The notes beneath the pieces were generated by a model. The model was not told the DNA's origin, made no database searches, and was given only the letters and a program-made list of their open reading frames with translations. Source: an uncultured Anaerotruncus sp. (GTDB taxonomy: Bacteria; Bacillota; Clostridia; Oscillospirales; CAG-272). Taken from it: 64,000 nt of DNA. The stretch is taken from contig CABPZE010000001.1 in assembly GCA_902461815.1 (NCBI GenBank), positions 129,374 through 193,373 of the forward strand, given 5' to 3'. Shown here piece after piece: positions 27,771-36,734 of this stretch. Every line of letters begins with the position of its first letter. Within the stretch, counting starts at the first letter, position 1. The position numbers and the translations under genes were made by a program.

Positions 27771-28182
27771 ATGAATGTCTTTCAAAAATTCACGAGGATA
27801 TCTTTGCGCCGCAACCGTTCCAGCAAACTGGTTACCATAATCGGAATCATGCTGTCTATGGCTATGTTCACAGCGGTCGTTGAGGCGGTTTACAGCGGAA
27901 TGCAGTACCTTGTACGCGCCGAAACGGTGCGTGTGGGAGCATTTCATGGGTATTATTACGATATGAGCGCCGATGATGTGGAAAAGTTCAGAGAAGCGGA
28001 CGATGTCAGCGATGTTACGGTATGGCAACAGGTCGGTTGGGCTGAAATTGAAGGCAAAAATGAATACAAGCCCTATCTCCTTAGGCAGTATATTTGCTGT
28101 TGTTTTTGCGACAATGATATATTCTACGCGAAAGCTCAAAAAGGACAACCCGATCGATTCGCTTAAAAACGAAGATCTGTAA
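27771..28182 (+). pseudogene. FtsX/MacB-type ABC permease remnant (N-terminal ~105 aa joined out of frame to the last ~30 aa)
   Basis: MNVFQKFTRISLRRNRSSKLVTIIGIMLSMAMFTAVVEAVYSG... (TM1 plus the start of the extracytoplasmic domain) ends near 28085. A different frame then gives LGSIFAVVFATMIYSTRKLKKDNPIDSLKNEDL and a stop, the typical FtsX C-terminus. Intact proteins of this type are several hundred aa longer. Confidence 0.8.
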
Positions 28183-28224
28183 TTATCCGATGTGTTATTT
28201 TGCGAATACTGCCGCCGTCCGGGG

Positions 28225-28253
28225 TTGACAGCGGCGCGCGGGAATGGTATAAT
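28225..28253 (+). promoter_or_regulatory. Sigma-A promoter of asnA
   Basis: TTGACA (28225-28230), 17 nt, TGgTATAAT (ending 28253). Confidence 0.7.
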
Positions 28254-28286
28254 AAGCGCATAGTTTTTATGACAGGAGTTATTGTT

Positions 28287-29291
28287 ATGCCGCTTATCAT
28301 TCCCAAGGGTTATCGCTCCGATCTCACCGCGCGTCAGACGCAGATCGCCATTAAAAAAGTCAAGGACTTTTTCCAGACTGACCTTGCCAACCAGCTCAAC
28401 CTCCGCCGTGTGTCGGCTCCGGTATTTGTTGACTCGGCAACGGGCCTTAACGATAATCTGAACGGTGTTGAGCGTCCGGTGTCTTTTGATATAAAAAATT
28501 GTTCCGGCAGCTTCGAGGTGGTTCATTCCCTTGCAAAATGGAAGCGTTATGCGCTGAAGAAGTACGGCTTTGCGCCCGGCGAGGGACTTTATACCGATAT
28601 GAACGCCATACGGCGCGATGAGGACACAGACAACATCCATTCCGTATTTGTCGATCAGTGGGACTGGGAAAAGGTTATCCTGAAGTCCGAGCGAACCCGC
28701 AGCACGCTTCATGCCACCGTCCGGTATATATATGACGCTCTGCGTCAGACCGAAAATTATATTGCAGACGATTACAATTTTATAGGTCATCTTCTGCCTC
28801 CTGAAATTACATTTGTAACCGCGCGGGAGCTTGAGGCAAAATATCCGTCTCTGACGCCTAAGGAGCGCGAATACCGCGCGGCAAAGGAGTACGGCGCGAT
28901 ATTCCTTGAAGGCATCGGTGGCGCGCTGTCGGATGGCAAGCCGCACGACGGTCGCGCGCCTGACTATGACGATTGGGAGCTGAACGGAGATATCATTGTA
29001 TATTATCCGGTGCTTGACATAGCGCTTGAGCTTTCAAGCATGGGTATTCGGGTTGATGAGGATGCCATGCGACATCAGCTTGAAATTGCCGGCTGTCCCG
29101 AACGTGCAAAGCTACCCTTCCACCGCGCGCTGCTTGCCGGAGAACTGCCGTATTCAATAGGCGGCGGAATCGGCCAGTCAAGAATATGTATGTTCTTCCT
29201 GCGCAAGGCTCATATCGGCGAGGTTCAGGCGTCCTGCTGGCCGGAGGATGAGGTCAGTGCCTGCACTGCGGGAGGAATATTCCTGCTGTGA
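28287..29291 (+). CDS. asnA: Aspartate--ammonia ligase (asparagine synthetase A)
   Basis: FEVVHSLAKWKRYAL and GGGIGQSRICMFFL are AsnA hallmarks. Start is at MPLIIPKGY (ATG 28287) after AGGAG. Confidence 0.9.
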   Translation: MPLIIPKGYRSDLTARQTQIAIKKVKDFFQTDLANQLNLRRVSAPVFVDSATGLNDNLNGVERPVSFDIKNCSGSFEVVHSLAKWKRYALKKYGFAPGEGLYTDMNAIRRDEDTDNIHSVFVDQWDWEKVILKSERTRSTLHATVRYIYDALRQTENYIADDYNFIGHLLPPEITFVTARELEAKYPSLTPKEREYRAAKEYGAIFLEGIGGALSDGKPHDGRAPDYDDWELNGDIIVYYPVLDIALELSSMGIRVDEDAMRHQLEIAGCPERAKLPFHRALLAGELPYSIGGGIGQSRICMFFLRKAHIGEVQASCWPEDEVSACTAGGIFLL

Positions 29292-29303
29292 TACATATAT
29301 AAT

Positions 29304-29341
29304 AAAGCTCCACCGTGAAGATGATCCATGGTGGAGCTTTG
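29304..29341 (+). terminator. Terminator hairpin after asnA
   Basis: AAAGCTCCAC...GTGGAGCTTTG. Confidence 0.7.
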
Positions 29342-29349
29342 TCAAAGAA

Positions 29350-29384
29350 GAACGCCCCAATCGGTTTTTCCGTTTGGGGCGTTC
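29350..29384 (-). terminator. Terminator hairpin after the ttcA-like gene
   Basis: GAACGCCCCAA...TTGGGGCGTTC; the minus strand is followed by a T-rich TTCTTTG. Confidence 0.6.
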
Positions 29385-29422
29385 GTTATATGCTGTAATG
29401 CTACAATATGACGGGTGAGAGG

Positions 29423-30190
29423 TTATTCCTCGTCCTCGTCAGAGTATGCTGTGACTCCCGCCATTCTGCCGAATTCGCGGAAACCGTCCACGCCGCCGCG
29501 CTGGATCGCGCCGTATATGCGGTATTTAAGCCCTCTGTTTTCGCGGTCAAGCCGGGCAAGGAATTTCTTCATTTCCTCACGCTCGGTGTTGCCGTTGGCG
29601 GGGCAGGTGGATTCCACCACCGGAAGCTCCGCTTTTTTGGCAAAGTAGCGTATATCCTTTTCGGGCATATATATCATCGGGCGTATAACGGTCACGTCGC
29701 TGCGAGACAGGTATGTTACCGGGCTGAAAACTCCTATTCTGCCCTCATAAAAAAGGTTAAGCATAAAGGTTTCGACCACATCGTCAAAGTGATGCCCGAG
29801 GGCAACTTTGTTACAGCCCAGCCTGTGAGCGGCGTTATTGAGTGCACCGCGGCGCATTTTGGCGCAGAGCGAGCAGGGATTATGCTCCTTTCGGTACTCA
29901 AAAACTACCTTTGATATGTCGGAGGGAATTATATGATATTCCACTCCGAGCTTTTCGCAATATCCGGCGACTCCAGAAAAATCCATTCCCTCGAGTCCCA
30001 TGTCTATGCTTATCCCGCAAAGCTCGTACTTCTGAGGATAAAAGCGCCGCATTTCGGCAAGCGCGGTAAGCAGGGTCAGCGAGTCCTTTCCGCCGGAAAT
30101 TCCGACGGATATTTTGTCGCCTTCGGATATCATTTTATAGTCCTCGCACGCACGGCGGGTATAGCTGAGAATTCTTTTGGTGTCGCTCAT
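29423..30190 (-). CDS. ttcA: TtcA-family tRNA 2-thiocytidine biosynthesis protein (PP-loop ATPase)
   Basis: PP-loop ISVGISGGKDSLTLL and Cys motif NPCSLCAKMRRG. The ATG overlaps the upstream stop (ATGA). Confidence 0.8.
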   Translation of the reverse strand: MSDTKRILSYTRRACEDYKMISEGDKISVGISGGKDSLTLLTALAEMRRFYPQKYELCGISIDMGLEGMDFSGVAGYCEKLGVEYHIIPSDISKVVFEYRKEHNPCSLCAKMRRGALNNAAHRLGCNKVALGHHFDDVVETFMLNLFYEGRIGVFSPVTYLSRSDVTVIRPMIYMPEKDIRYFAKKAELPVVESTCPANGNTEREEMKKFLARLDRENRGLKYRIYGAIQRGGVDGFREFGRMAGVTAYSDEDEE

Positions 30191-30855
30191 CGGTTAAACA
30201 GAAATGCCTCCAGCTCGGAAATGTTTTCAAAATAAATATCGCTTGCGCGGCGCATGAATTCTTCGATCTTCTTACTTTGCCTTGCCCAACCTGCGGCGGC
30301 AAAACGCACACCTGCGGCACGGGACATATCAAGTCCGGGCTTAAGGTCGTCCACCATAAGCAGCTCGTACGGCGCATAGCCGTGCTTTTCCATTATGTCA
30401 AGCAGCGGATACGGGTCGGGCTTGCGCTTGCCCTCGCCGCTGTCCCATGCGTAAACGCCGTCGGGCAAAAAGCCGAAATTATGTTGCCAGTCGCGGAGTA
30501 TATTGTCGGTATATGAGTGCGAGACTACAAATACCTTTCCGCCTGCCTTCATAAAACGGCTTATGACTTCCTTTAATCCGGGCACGGCTTCCGGTATCGT
30601 TTCTTTAACGAACCGCTGCCAGTTGTCAAATTCAAAGCTCATTTCCTCGACGGAAAATCCGAGTATCTTTCTGAAAAAAGGCTCAAATCCGGGGTCGAAG
30701 CAATAGTCTATGAATTCCTCGTAATTGTAACGGACTCCGGGGCGCAGCTTTGACATGGTGTCAAGAAACGCCGGATAATTCACTTCGGGGGTGGACAGCA
30801 CGGTAGTGTCGTCGTGGTCAAGCACGAGGCACGGAAATTTGATTTTTGAATTCAT
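30187..30855 (-). CDS. HAD superfamily hydrolase
   Basis: Motif I LVLDHDDTTV and motif IV MVDDLKPG. Confidence 0.75.
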   Translation of the reverse strand: MNSKIKFPCLVLDHDDTTVLSTPEVNYPAFLDTMSKLRPGVRYNYEEFIDYCFDPGFEPFFRKILGFSVEEMSFEFDNWQRFVKETIPEAVPGLKEVISRFMKAGGKVFVVSHSYTDNILRDWQHNFGFLPDGVYAWDSGEGKRKPDPYPLLDIMEKHGYAPYELLMVDDLKPGLDMSRAAGVRFAAAGWARQSKKIEEFMRRASDIYFENISELEAFLFNR

Positions 30856-30873
30856 ATTTCAGATCCTTGATGT

Positions 30874-31653
30874 TTATTCGTCCGCGCCTGCGAAGGAGCA
30901 GGTTTCATATATACGCGCGGCGCGGTCAGTCATGCGGCGCGCATCTACGTTTCCGGATGGTGCAGGGTAGAGAACCAGTGGGCGTGTGATCTCAAGCGAC
31001 GGGGCTGCGCCGAGCTTTGAGGTTACAAGCACCGCCGACGGTCGTGACATGACGTCAGGGTAGATCTCCGTCATCCGTTTGGGTTCAAGTCCGCTTGCGC
31101 GCATAGCCTCAAACAGGTCAGGCAGACGGTTAGGACGGAATACGCAGTAAAAGAGTCCGCCGAAGTTAAGCAGCCTTGCCGCGGCGGCGCAAAAGTCGCC
31201 GATACCGCCGAATATCTCATGCCTTGCTATCAGCTTTTCCGGGGCTTCGGAGCGGTGTCCGGTATCGGGACGCATATACGGTGGATTTGAAAATACAACG
31301 TCAAATCTGCCGCCTAAGCTTTCCGGTCTTGCATCCCTTATATCGCCGCACTCTGGAAAAAATACTCCGTCAAGCCGGTTGAGTTTGGCATTTTTGCGTG
31401 CCAGCTCGGCGTAATCCGGCTGGATCTCCAACGCACGTATCTCTGGAAATTTGCCGTGCGAGGCGCAGAGCAGGGAAATGACCCCGGTTCCGCAGCCAAG
31501 CTCGCAGGCGCGTCCGCCGCTTTTATTGATATAAGCGGCAAGCAGATAGGAATCGGTGCCCCAACGCAGACCGCGTGTTTTCTGTATTATATTGAGGTGT
31601 TCACCGACGGCACACAAGCGCTCGCCGGGACCTGGCTTGATTTCAGAAGACAT
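30874..31653 (-). CDS. tRNA1(Val) (adenine37-N6)-methyltransferase-like SAM-dependent methyltransferase (YabB/TrmN6 type)
   Basis: SAM motif ACELGCGTG and catalytic VFSNPPYM. Confidence 0.75.
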   Translation of the reverse strand: MSSEIKPGPGERLCAVGEHLNIIQKTRGLRWGTDSYLLAAYINKSGGRACELGCGTGVISLLCASHGKFPEIRALEIQPDYAELARKNAKLNRLDGVFFPECGDIRDARPESLGGRFDVVFSNPPYMRPDTGHRSEAPEKLIARHEIFGGIGDFCAAAARLLNFGGLFYCVFRPNRLPDLFEAMRASGLEPKRMTEIYPDVMSRPSAVLVTSKLGAAPSLEITRPLVLYPAPSGNVDARRMTDRAARIYETCSFAGADE

Positions 31654-31692
31654 AAAAACCTCGTTAATCAGTTGACGGTTACACAGACAATT

Positions 31693-31730
31693 AAAAACGC
31701 GGGCTGCAACGCAAAAGCGCCGCAGCCCGC
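31693..31730 (-). terminator. Intrinsic terminator after the ferredoxin gene
   Basis: Minus strand GCGGGCTGCGGCGCTTTTGCGTTGCAGCCCGC followed by GTTTTT. Confidence 0.8.
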
Positions 31731-31760
31731 ATGACCGCGGAAGTGACCGCGGCAGATGCC

Positions 31761-31931
31761 TTATTCGGCTTTGGGAGCCTCAACAGGGCAAACGCCGGCG
31801 CAAGCGCCGCACTCGATGCACTTATCGGGGTCAATTACGTATTTGCCGTCGCCTTCGCTGATGGCGCCGACCGGGCATTCACCCGCGCAGGTGCCGCAGG
31901 CGATGCAGTCATCACTGATTTTGTATGCCAT
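31761..31931 (-). CDS. 2x[4Fe-4S] clostridial-type ferredoxin (56 aa), below the ORF-track size cutoff
   Basis: My own translation gives MAYKISDDCIACGTCAGECPVGAISEGDGKYVIDPDKCIECGACAGVCPVEAPKAE. It has two CxxCxxCxxxCP motifs. GGAGG lies 8 nt upstream. Confidence 0.9.
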   Translation of the reverse strand: MAYKISDDCIACGTCAGECPVGAISEGDGKYVIDPDKCIECGACAGVCPVEAPKAE

Positions 31932-32074
31932 GATAGTTTACCTCCATATGAGAATAGATATATTGTATCACAAATAGCGTGATATGCAAGTGTTTTTTTG
32001 AAAAAAATTTTTAATCCCGTATAAACTTTGGCGAAAAAGCATCGAAAAGAGGAAAAAACAGAGAAAAAAGCGGT

Positions 32075-33538
32075 TTATTCCTCGGGAAGCACATCACTGT
32101 CGTCATCCTGAGAGTCAGCCGTACGGTCGGGCTGACGCGTGCTGCGGGAAATGACTTTGACGCTGTCACGGTGATAAGTTTTGGGTGGATCACCGGGTTT
32201 ATCGTCAAGACGTACCTTTACTGTGCCGGCAATAGGGCTGTTTTCGGTAACGATTCCTCGTCCGTCGGCGGTTTCAACTATTGAGTCGACCGGGGGAGTC
32301 AGCTTGATCTCCTTTTCATATGTGTCATGCTCAAAACGCAGACAGCACATAAGTCTTCCGCAGCAACCGGATATTTTTGATGAGCTGAGTGACAGACCCT
32401 GCTCCTTTGCCATTCGTATCGACACCTGTGTAAAGTTGGGAAGAAAACTGGCGCAGCAGAGCTTGCGTCCGCAGACTCCGCAACCGCCAAGCATTTTCGC
32501 TTCGTCGCGTATTCCTATCTGTCGCAGCTCGATGCGTGTGCGGAAAACAGAGGCGAGATCCTTTACAAGCTCGCGGAAATCAACGCGCCCTGCGGCTGTG
32601 AAATAAAATATAAGCTTGGTGTTGTCAAAGGTATAGCTTGAGCCGACAAGCTTCATGTCAAGCCCGTGAGCGGCGATCTTTTCGGCGCATACGGTTAGGG
32701 CGGCAGCCTCGCGGCGGTGATTTTCCTCATTTCTGCGGGCGTCCTCCTCATTTGCACGTCTTCCGACTGCTCTGAGTGGCTGTACAATGGTTTCGTTGGG
32801 AACAAATGTGTTGCCCATGCTTATCTCACCGTACTCAACTCCACGCGAGGTCTCCACTATTGCGTGCTCTCCGCGAACGAATTTATCGGCTCCTGGAGCA
32901 AAGTAATAGGTTTTGCCCGAATTTTCAAAACGTATCCCCACCACCTCGGTGGTGTTTTCGGATTGCTTTGCGGGTGTCGGTGTGAAGCTGTGCGGCAGCA
33001 GGCATTCGGGAAGAATTTCATCGTCGGGGATCCTGAAAGCGTCCGGAGGAAGCTCATAGGAATCCGCCGAGGTGCTTACAAGCGGCTCGGATGAATTTCT
33101 TCCGATGCGGTTATCGTCAAACAGGGAAATATCCGCAAAGCGGTCTGAGCTTTCAAAAGTCTTTTTCTCGTCATTGTCGTATGATACTTCAACGGAATGG
33201 GCTTCTTTTTCAACTGTTGACTGCTTCGCTCCGCGGTTGGTATCGTTTCGGCTTTGCTGTGGCTGACGGCGCTTGCCTGTGCGATCCTTTTTATAGTCGT
33301 CACGCTTCTTCTGCGACTCATTTTTGGATTGCTGCTGATTCTTGGCCTTTATTTTTTCGTGTGAAACAGTTGCTTCCTGCGTCACATCTTTGGGCTGACG
33401 GTCGTTTTCATGCTTATTCTGAGGACGCCGTCCCTGTTTGCGTCCTGCGTTCTTTGCGCGTTTGTCCCGCCCTTTTTCTTCGGATCTGCCGCTTTGAGCG
33501 GTTTCCGCGATTTTATTCTTATCTTTGCTTTCGTCCAT
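32075..33538 (-). CDS. ricT: PSP1-domain protein (YaaT/RicT, stage 0 sporulation family) with a ~200-aa basic low-complexity N-terminal extension
   Basis: Core VVGIRFENSGKTYYF...EHAIVETSRGVEYGEI...CGRKLCCASFL...CCGRLMCCLRFE. The N-terminus is K/R/Q/E/D/N-rich with no predicted fold. Confidence 0.8.
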   Translation of the reverse strand: MDESKDKNKIAETAQSGRSEEKGRDKRAKNAGRKQGRRPQNKHENDRQPKDVTQEATVSHEKIKAKNQQQSKNESQKKRDDYKKDRTGKRRQPQQSRNDTNRGAKQSTVEKEAHSVEVSYDNDEKKTFESSDRFADISLFDDNRIGRNSSEPLVSTSADSYELPPDAFRIPDDEILPECLLPHSFTPTPAKQSENTTEVVGIRFENSGKTYYFAPGADKFVRGEHAIVETSRGVEYGEISMGNTFVPNETIVQPLRAVGRRANEEDARRNEENHRREAAALTVCAEKIAAHGLDMKLVGSSYTFDNTKLIFYFTAAGRVDFRELVKDLASVFRTRIELRQIGIRDEAKMLGGCGVCGRKLCCASFLPNFTQVSIRMAKEQGLSLSSSKISGCCGRLMCCLRFEHDTYEKEIKLTPPVDSIVETADGRGIVTENSPIAGTVKVRLDDKPGDPPKTYHRDSVKVISRSTRQPDRTADSQDDDSDVLPEE

Positions 33539-33566
33539 TTATTAAAATTCCTTATTTAATTGTTTT

Positions 33567-34622
33567 TTATCTGCGGGCTTCTGATGCTTCGGCAGCATTC
33601 ATAAGTCCGAAAACCGTAAGACGGGTATTGGCGTTGCGGGAGAGCAGATCCCGTGCATTTTCTACTGCGTCGTATAACGACAGCAAACGTGTAAGTGTGT
33701 ATCCTCCGCAGATTTCCTCGGCTTCATCTGCATCGGCAAAAAAGCGAAGCGGGGCTTTTTCACTTTTTTTCAGCAGAGCAAGATCGCGAAGTGCAAGCGA
33801 GAGATCGTTAAGCATTCGTGACGCTTCTTCACGCTTACCCGATGAATACGGTTGAAGCAGAGACAGAAGCTCCTGCCCGTGTCCTCTCGATGCGGCAATG
33901 CGGCAAAAGCCGACTGCGGCGGTGCGTCGGGCGGTTACTGCGTCCTTTTCCTTGCCGGAAAAAAGCTCTATTGCACGTCCCGCGCTTCCGTCAGACGCCA
34001 TGATGATCCCGCGAAAGGCGGATTTGTTTTCGCGCTTAAGCTCTTCCGCCTCCGGACAACGTTCAAGCGCTATCTCCGCAACAGTGTCCGGAGGAAGCGG
34101 CTGCATTCTGAGCGAGGGCGCACGGGAGCGCACGGTTTCAAGCAAGCTTCCTGAGCTTTCCGCTATCAGCAGGAACACAAGGTATGACGGAGGCTCTTCA
34201 AGAGTAAGCAGCAGTGCGTTCTGAGCCTGTGCCGTCATTGTATCCGCGTCGTTTATAATGTATATTTTATATTCAAGCTCGTTAGGAAGTATATGAACAT
34301 CGGTGCGCAGTGCGCGGATCGTATCAATTCCGAGACTTGCCTTGCCATCCTCACGCGCAACTGTTATTACGTCAGGTGATATTCCGGCAAATATTTTACG
34401 GCAAGTGGGGCATTCGCCGCAAGGTAGCGGAGCGTTTGTTCCAGCCCGCTCACAGCAAAGCGCTGCCGCAATGTTTTTTGCCAGGGTGCGCCTGCCGCTT
34501 CCTAAGCGCCCTTCAATGATGTAGGCGTGCGCAAGTCCACCGGCTGACATTATGTCCCCGGCAATGCGCACACGGAGAGCGGAGTTGCCCTTTATTTGCG
34601 GGAAACACCTGTCAGCCTCCAT
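33567..34622 (-). CDS. holB: DNA polymerase III subunit delta'
   Basis: LAHAYIIEGRLGSGRRTLAKNIAAALCCE, Zn-module-like PCGECPTCRK, IYIINDADTMT, NALLLTLEEPP. Confidence 0.85.
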   Translation of the reverse strand: MEADRCFPQIKGNSALRVRIAGDIMSAGGLAHAYIIEGRLGSGRRTLAKNIAAALCCERAGTNAPLPCGECPTCRKIFAGISPDVITVAREDGKASLGIDTIRALRTDVHILPNELEYKIYIINDADTMTAQAQNALLLTLEEPPSYLVFLLIAESSGSLLETVRSRAPSLRMQPLPPDTVAEIALERCPEAEELKRENKSAFRGIIMASDGSAGRAIELFSGKEKDAVTARRTAAVGFCRIAASRGHGQELLSLLQPYSSGKREEASRMLNDLSLALRDLALLKKSEKAPLRFFADADEAEEICGGYTLTRLLSLYDAVENARDLLSRNANTRLTVFGLMNAAEASEARR

Positions 34623-34715
34623 AATGCGCGCCTGCCTTTCTTCACCTTATATTTATTATATCATTTACACATTAAAAAGTCAATATCTTTGATCGACCGT
34701 TGCGTTCATGCTGAA

Positions 34716-35471
34716 TCATCCTATCAGCGTATCCATTACGAGCATCAGGCAGAAGCCGACGAGCAGGGAATATGTTGCGCCGCGCTCATTTCCGTGCGAA
34801 TGTGTTTCGGGAATCATTTCGTCACTTATCACATAAAGCATTGTCCCTCCGGCAAATGCAAGGATAAATGGTAATACGGCGGATGAAATGCTTGCGGCAA
34901 AATATCCCACAAACGTTCCCAGAACCTCTACAAGTCCGGTTGCCGCAGCCGCGATGAAAGTGCGTTTTTTACTGATCCCCGCCGCAAGCATAGGCGCAAT
35001 TATTACCATTCCCTCCGGAATATTCTGCAACGCTATTCCGCCTGCTACTGCCAACGCGTCGGAGGTGCTTCCCGCACCAAAACCGACTCCGGCGGCAATT
35101 CCTTCCGGAATGTTATGTATTGCAATTGCCAGAACAAACAGCAGGACTTTGTTCAGCTTTGATGTCCCGTCGGGATGCGATTCTGAATCGACGCCCACCA
35201 GCTTGTGCAGATGCGGAGTCAGGCGGTCGATGAAATTCAGACACAGTGCGCCGCAGAAAACTCCTGCAATTGTGACTATCAGGGATACGATCCCATCTCC
35301 CAACGACGGAAGGATAAGACCGATTATTGCAGCGGCAAGCATTACACCGGCTGCAAATCCAAGAGTGATGTCGCTGAATCTGTGAGAGTTTTTTTTGAAT
35401 ACAAAGCCAAGAACAGCACCTATAACGGTTGCTCCTCCGACGCCCAAAGCTGTCAAAAAAACGATTTTCAT
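34716..35471 (-). CDS. ZIP family metal transporter (ZupT-like)
   Basis: Polytopic ORF with AIHNIPEGIA and LQNIPEGM motifs. Confidence 0.85.
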   Translation of the reverse strand: MKIVFLTALGVGGATVIGAVLGFVFKKNSHRFSDITLGFAAGVMLAAAIIGLILPSLGDGIVSLIVTIAGVFCGALCLNFIDRLTPHLHKLVGVDSESHPDGTSKLNKVLLFVLAIAIHNIPEGIAAGVGFGAGSTSDALAVAGGIALQNIPEGMVIIAPMLAAGISKKRTFIAAAATGLVEVLGTFVGYFAASISSAVLPFILAFAGGTMLYVISDEMIPETHSHGNERGATYSLLVGFCLMLVMDTLIG

Positions 35472-35713
35472 ATAATATGCCTTTCATTATTCTACTTATT
35501 ATTATTTGTCGGGAACCCAAAATGTTCATTATGTATTATTATACCATATCTATTCTGTATGTCAACATCGTCAAAACATTTTGAAGTGAAAGTTTATTTT
35601 ATCGGGTTGTGAAAAAACGCGATACTGAGCAAAAAAAATAAATACATTCGTAATCTTTTGAATTATTGTGGAAGAAATCCTTCATTTTCAAAAAACAAAT
35701 TGCCGTTAAAGTA

Positions 35714-35742
35714 TTGACAAGGAAAGCGTTATGTATTATAAT
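35714..35742 (+). promoter_or_regulatory. Sigma-A promoter of the opp operon
   Basis: TTGACA (35714-35719), 17 nt, TATAAT (35737-35742). Confidence 0.65.
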
Positions 35743-35796
35743 ACAAGCAATTAATTGTTGATCAATTTTTTTGAAACGAAAGGCGCGGTAGTTTTA

Positions 35797-36723
35797 ATGC
35801 CCAAAATGCTGTCTTATGTGCTGAAACGGCTTCTGCTCGGGGTGCTGTCGATTTTCATAATAATTACAATTACATTTTTTATAATGCACGCAATACCCGG
35901 CGGTCCCTTCAACAGCGAAAAAGCCGTAACAGCCACAACTAAAGCTGCACTTGAAGCCAAATACGGCCTTAATAAGCCGCTTGGTGAGCAGTACCTGACA
36001 TATCTCAAGGATATTGTAACTAAATTTGATTTCGGTCCATCCCTCAAGCAAAGAGGAAGAATGGTTCAGGATATAATCATGGAAGGCTTTGCCGTGTCAG
36101 CAAAGCTCGGTCTTACCGCCGCAGGTCTTGCAATCGTATTTGGCATGACTCTCGGTTCGGTTGCTGCGCTCAATCGTAACAAGTTCATTGACCGCGTGAT
36201 TATGATAGTGACGACTGCGTTTGTTGCAATGCCATCGTTCATTGTAGGAACATTTCTGCTTTTGGTCTTCTGCGTCAATGTCGGATGGTTTCCGGCCAAC
36301 GGAGATGCCGCCGGCGGACTTGTGCTTCCTATTATTACTTTGATGCTTTATCCTATGGCATACATTACAAGGCTCACCCGGTCGAGTATGCTTGACGTTC
36401 TTGGTCAGGATTATATACGTACCGCAAAGGCAAAGGGTGTTTCAAGCGGTATGATAGTTTTCAAGCACGCATTGAAGAATGCCTGCATCCCTGTAATCAC
36501 ATATGCCGGTCCGATGATAGCCTTTATTGTCACAGGTAGCCTTGTTGTGGAGCAGATATTCGCTGTTCCGGGCATCGGACGTAAATTTGTTCAGAGTATT
36601 ATCAACCGCGATTACACGCTTATTATGGGTACCACGATTTTTCTTGCCGTACTTATTATTGTTATGACGCTTGTTTGTGACATACTTTATAAAGTCGTAG
36701 ACCCTCGTATTGATTATGAATAA
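35797..36723 (+). CDS. oppB: Oligopeptide/dipeptide ABC transporter permease (OppB type)
   Basis: MLSYVLKRLLLGVLSIFIIITITFF N-terminus and DYIRTAKAKG EAA loop. Confidence 0.9.
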   Translation: MPKMLSYVLKRLLLGVLSIFIIITITFFIMHAIPGGPFNSEKAVTATTKAALEAKYGLNKPLGEQYLTYLKDIVTKFDFGPSLKQRGRMVQDIIMEGFAVSAKLGLTAAGLAIVFGMTLGSVAALNRNKFIDRVIMIVTTAFVAMPSFIVGTFLLLVFCVNVGWFPANGDAAGGLVLPIITLMLYPMAYITRLTRSSMLDVLGQDYIRTAKAKGVSSGMIVFKHALKNACIPVITYAGPMIAFIVTGSLVVEQIFAVPGIGRKFVQSIINRDYTLIMGTTIFLAVLIIVMTLVCDILYKVVDPRIDYE

Positions 36724-36734
36724 GGGGGCAGAAA

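Noticed and set aside
27243-28946. 567-aa minus-strand ORF, the longest unexplained ORF in the track
   Set aside because: It runs antisense to asnA, whose translation carries diagnostic AsnA motifs, and antisense to the ABC remnants. Its own translation is low-complexity, Arg/Ile/Phe-rich, has no recognisable motif and no RBS. I treat it as a shadow ORF.
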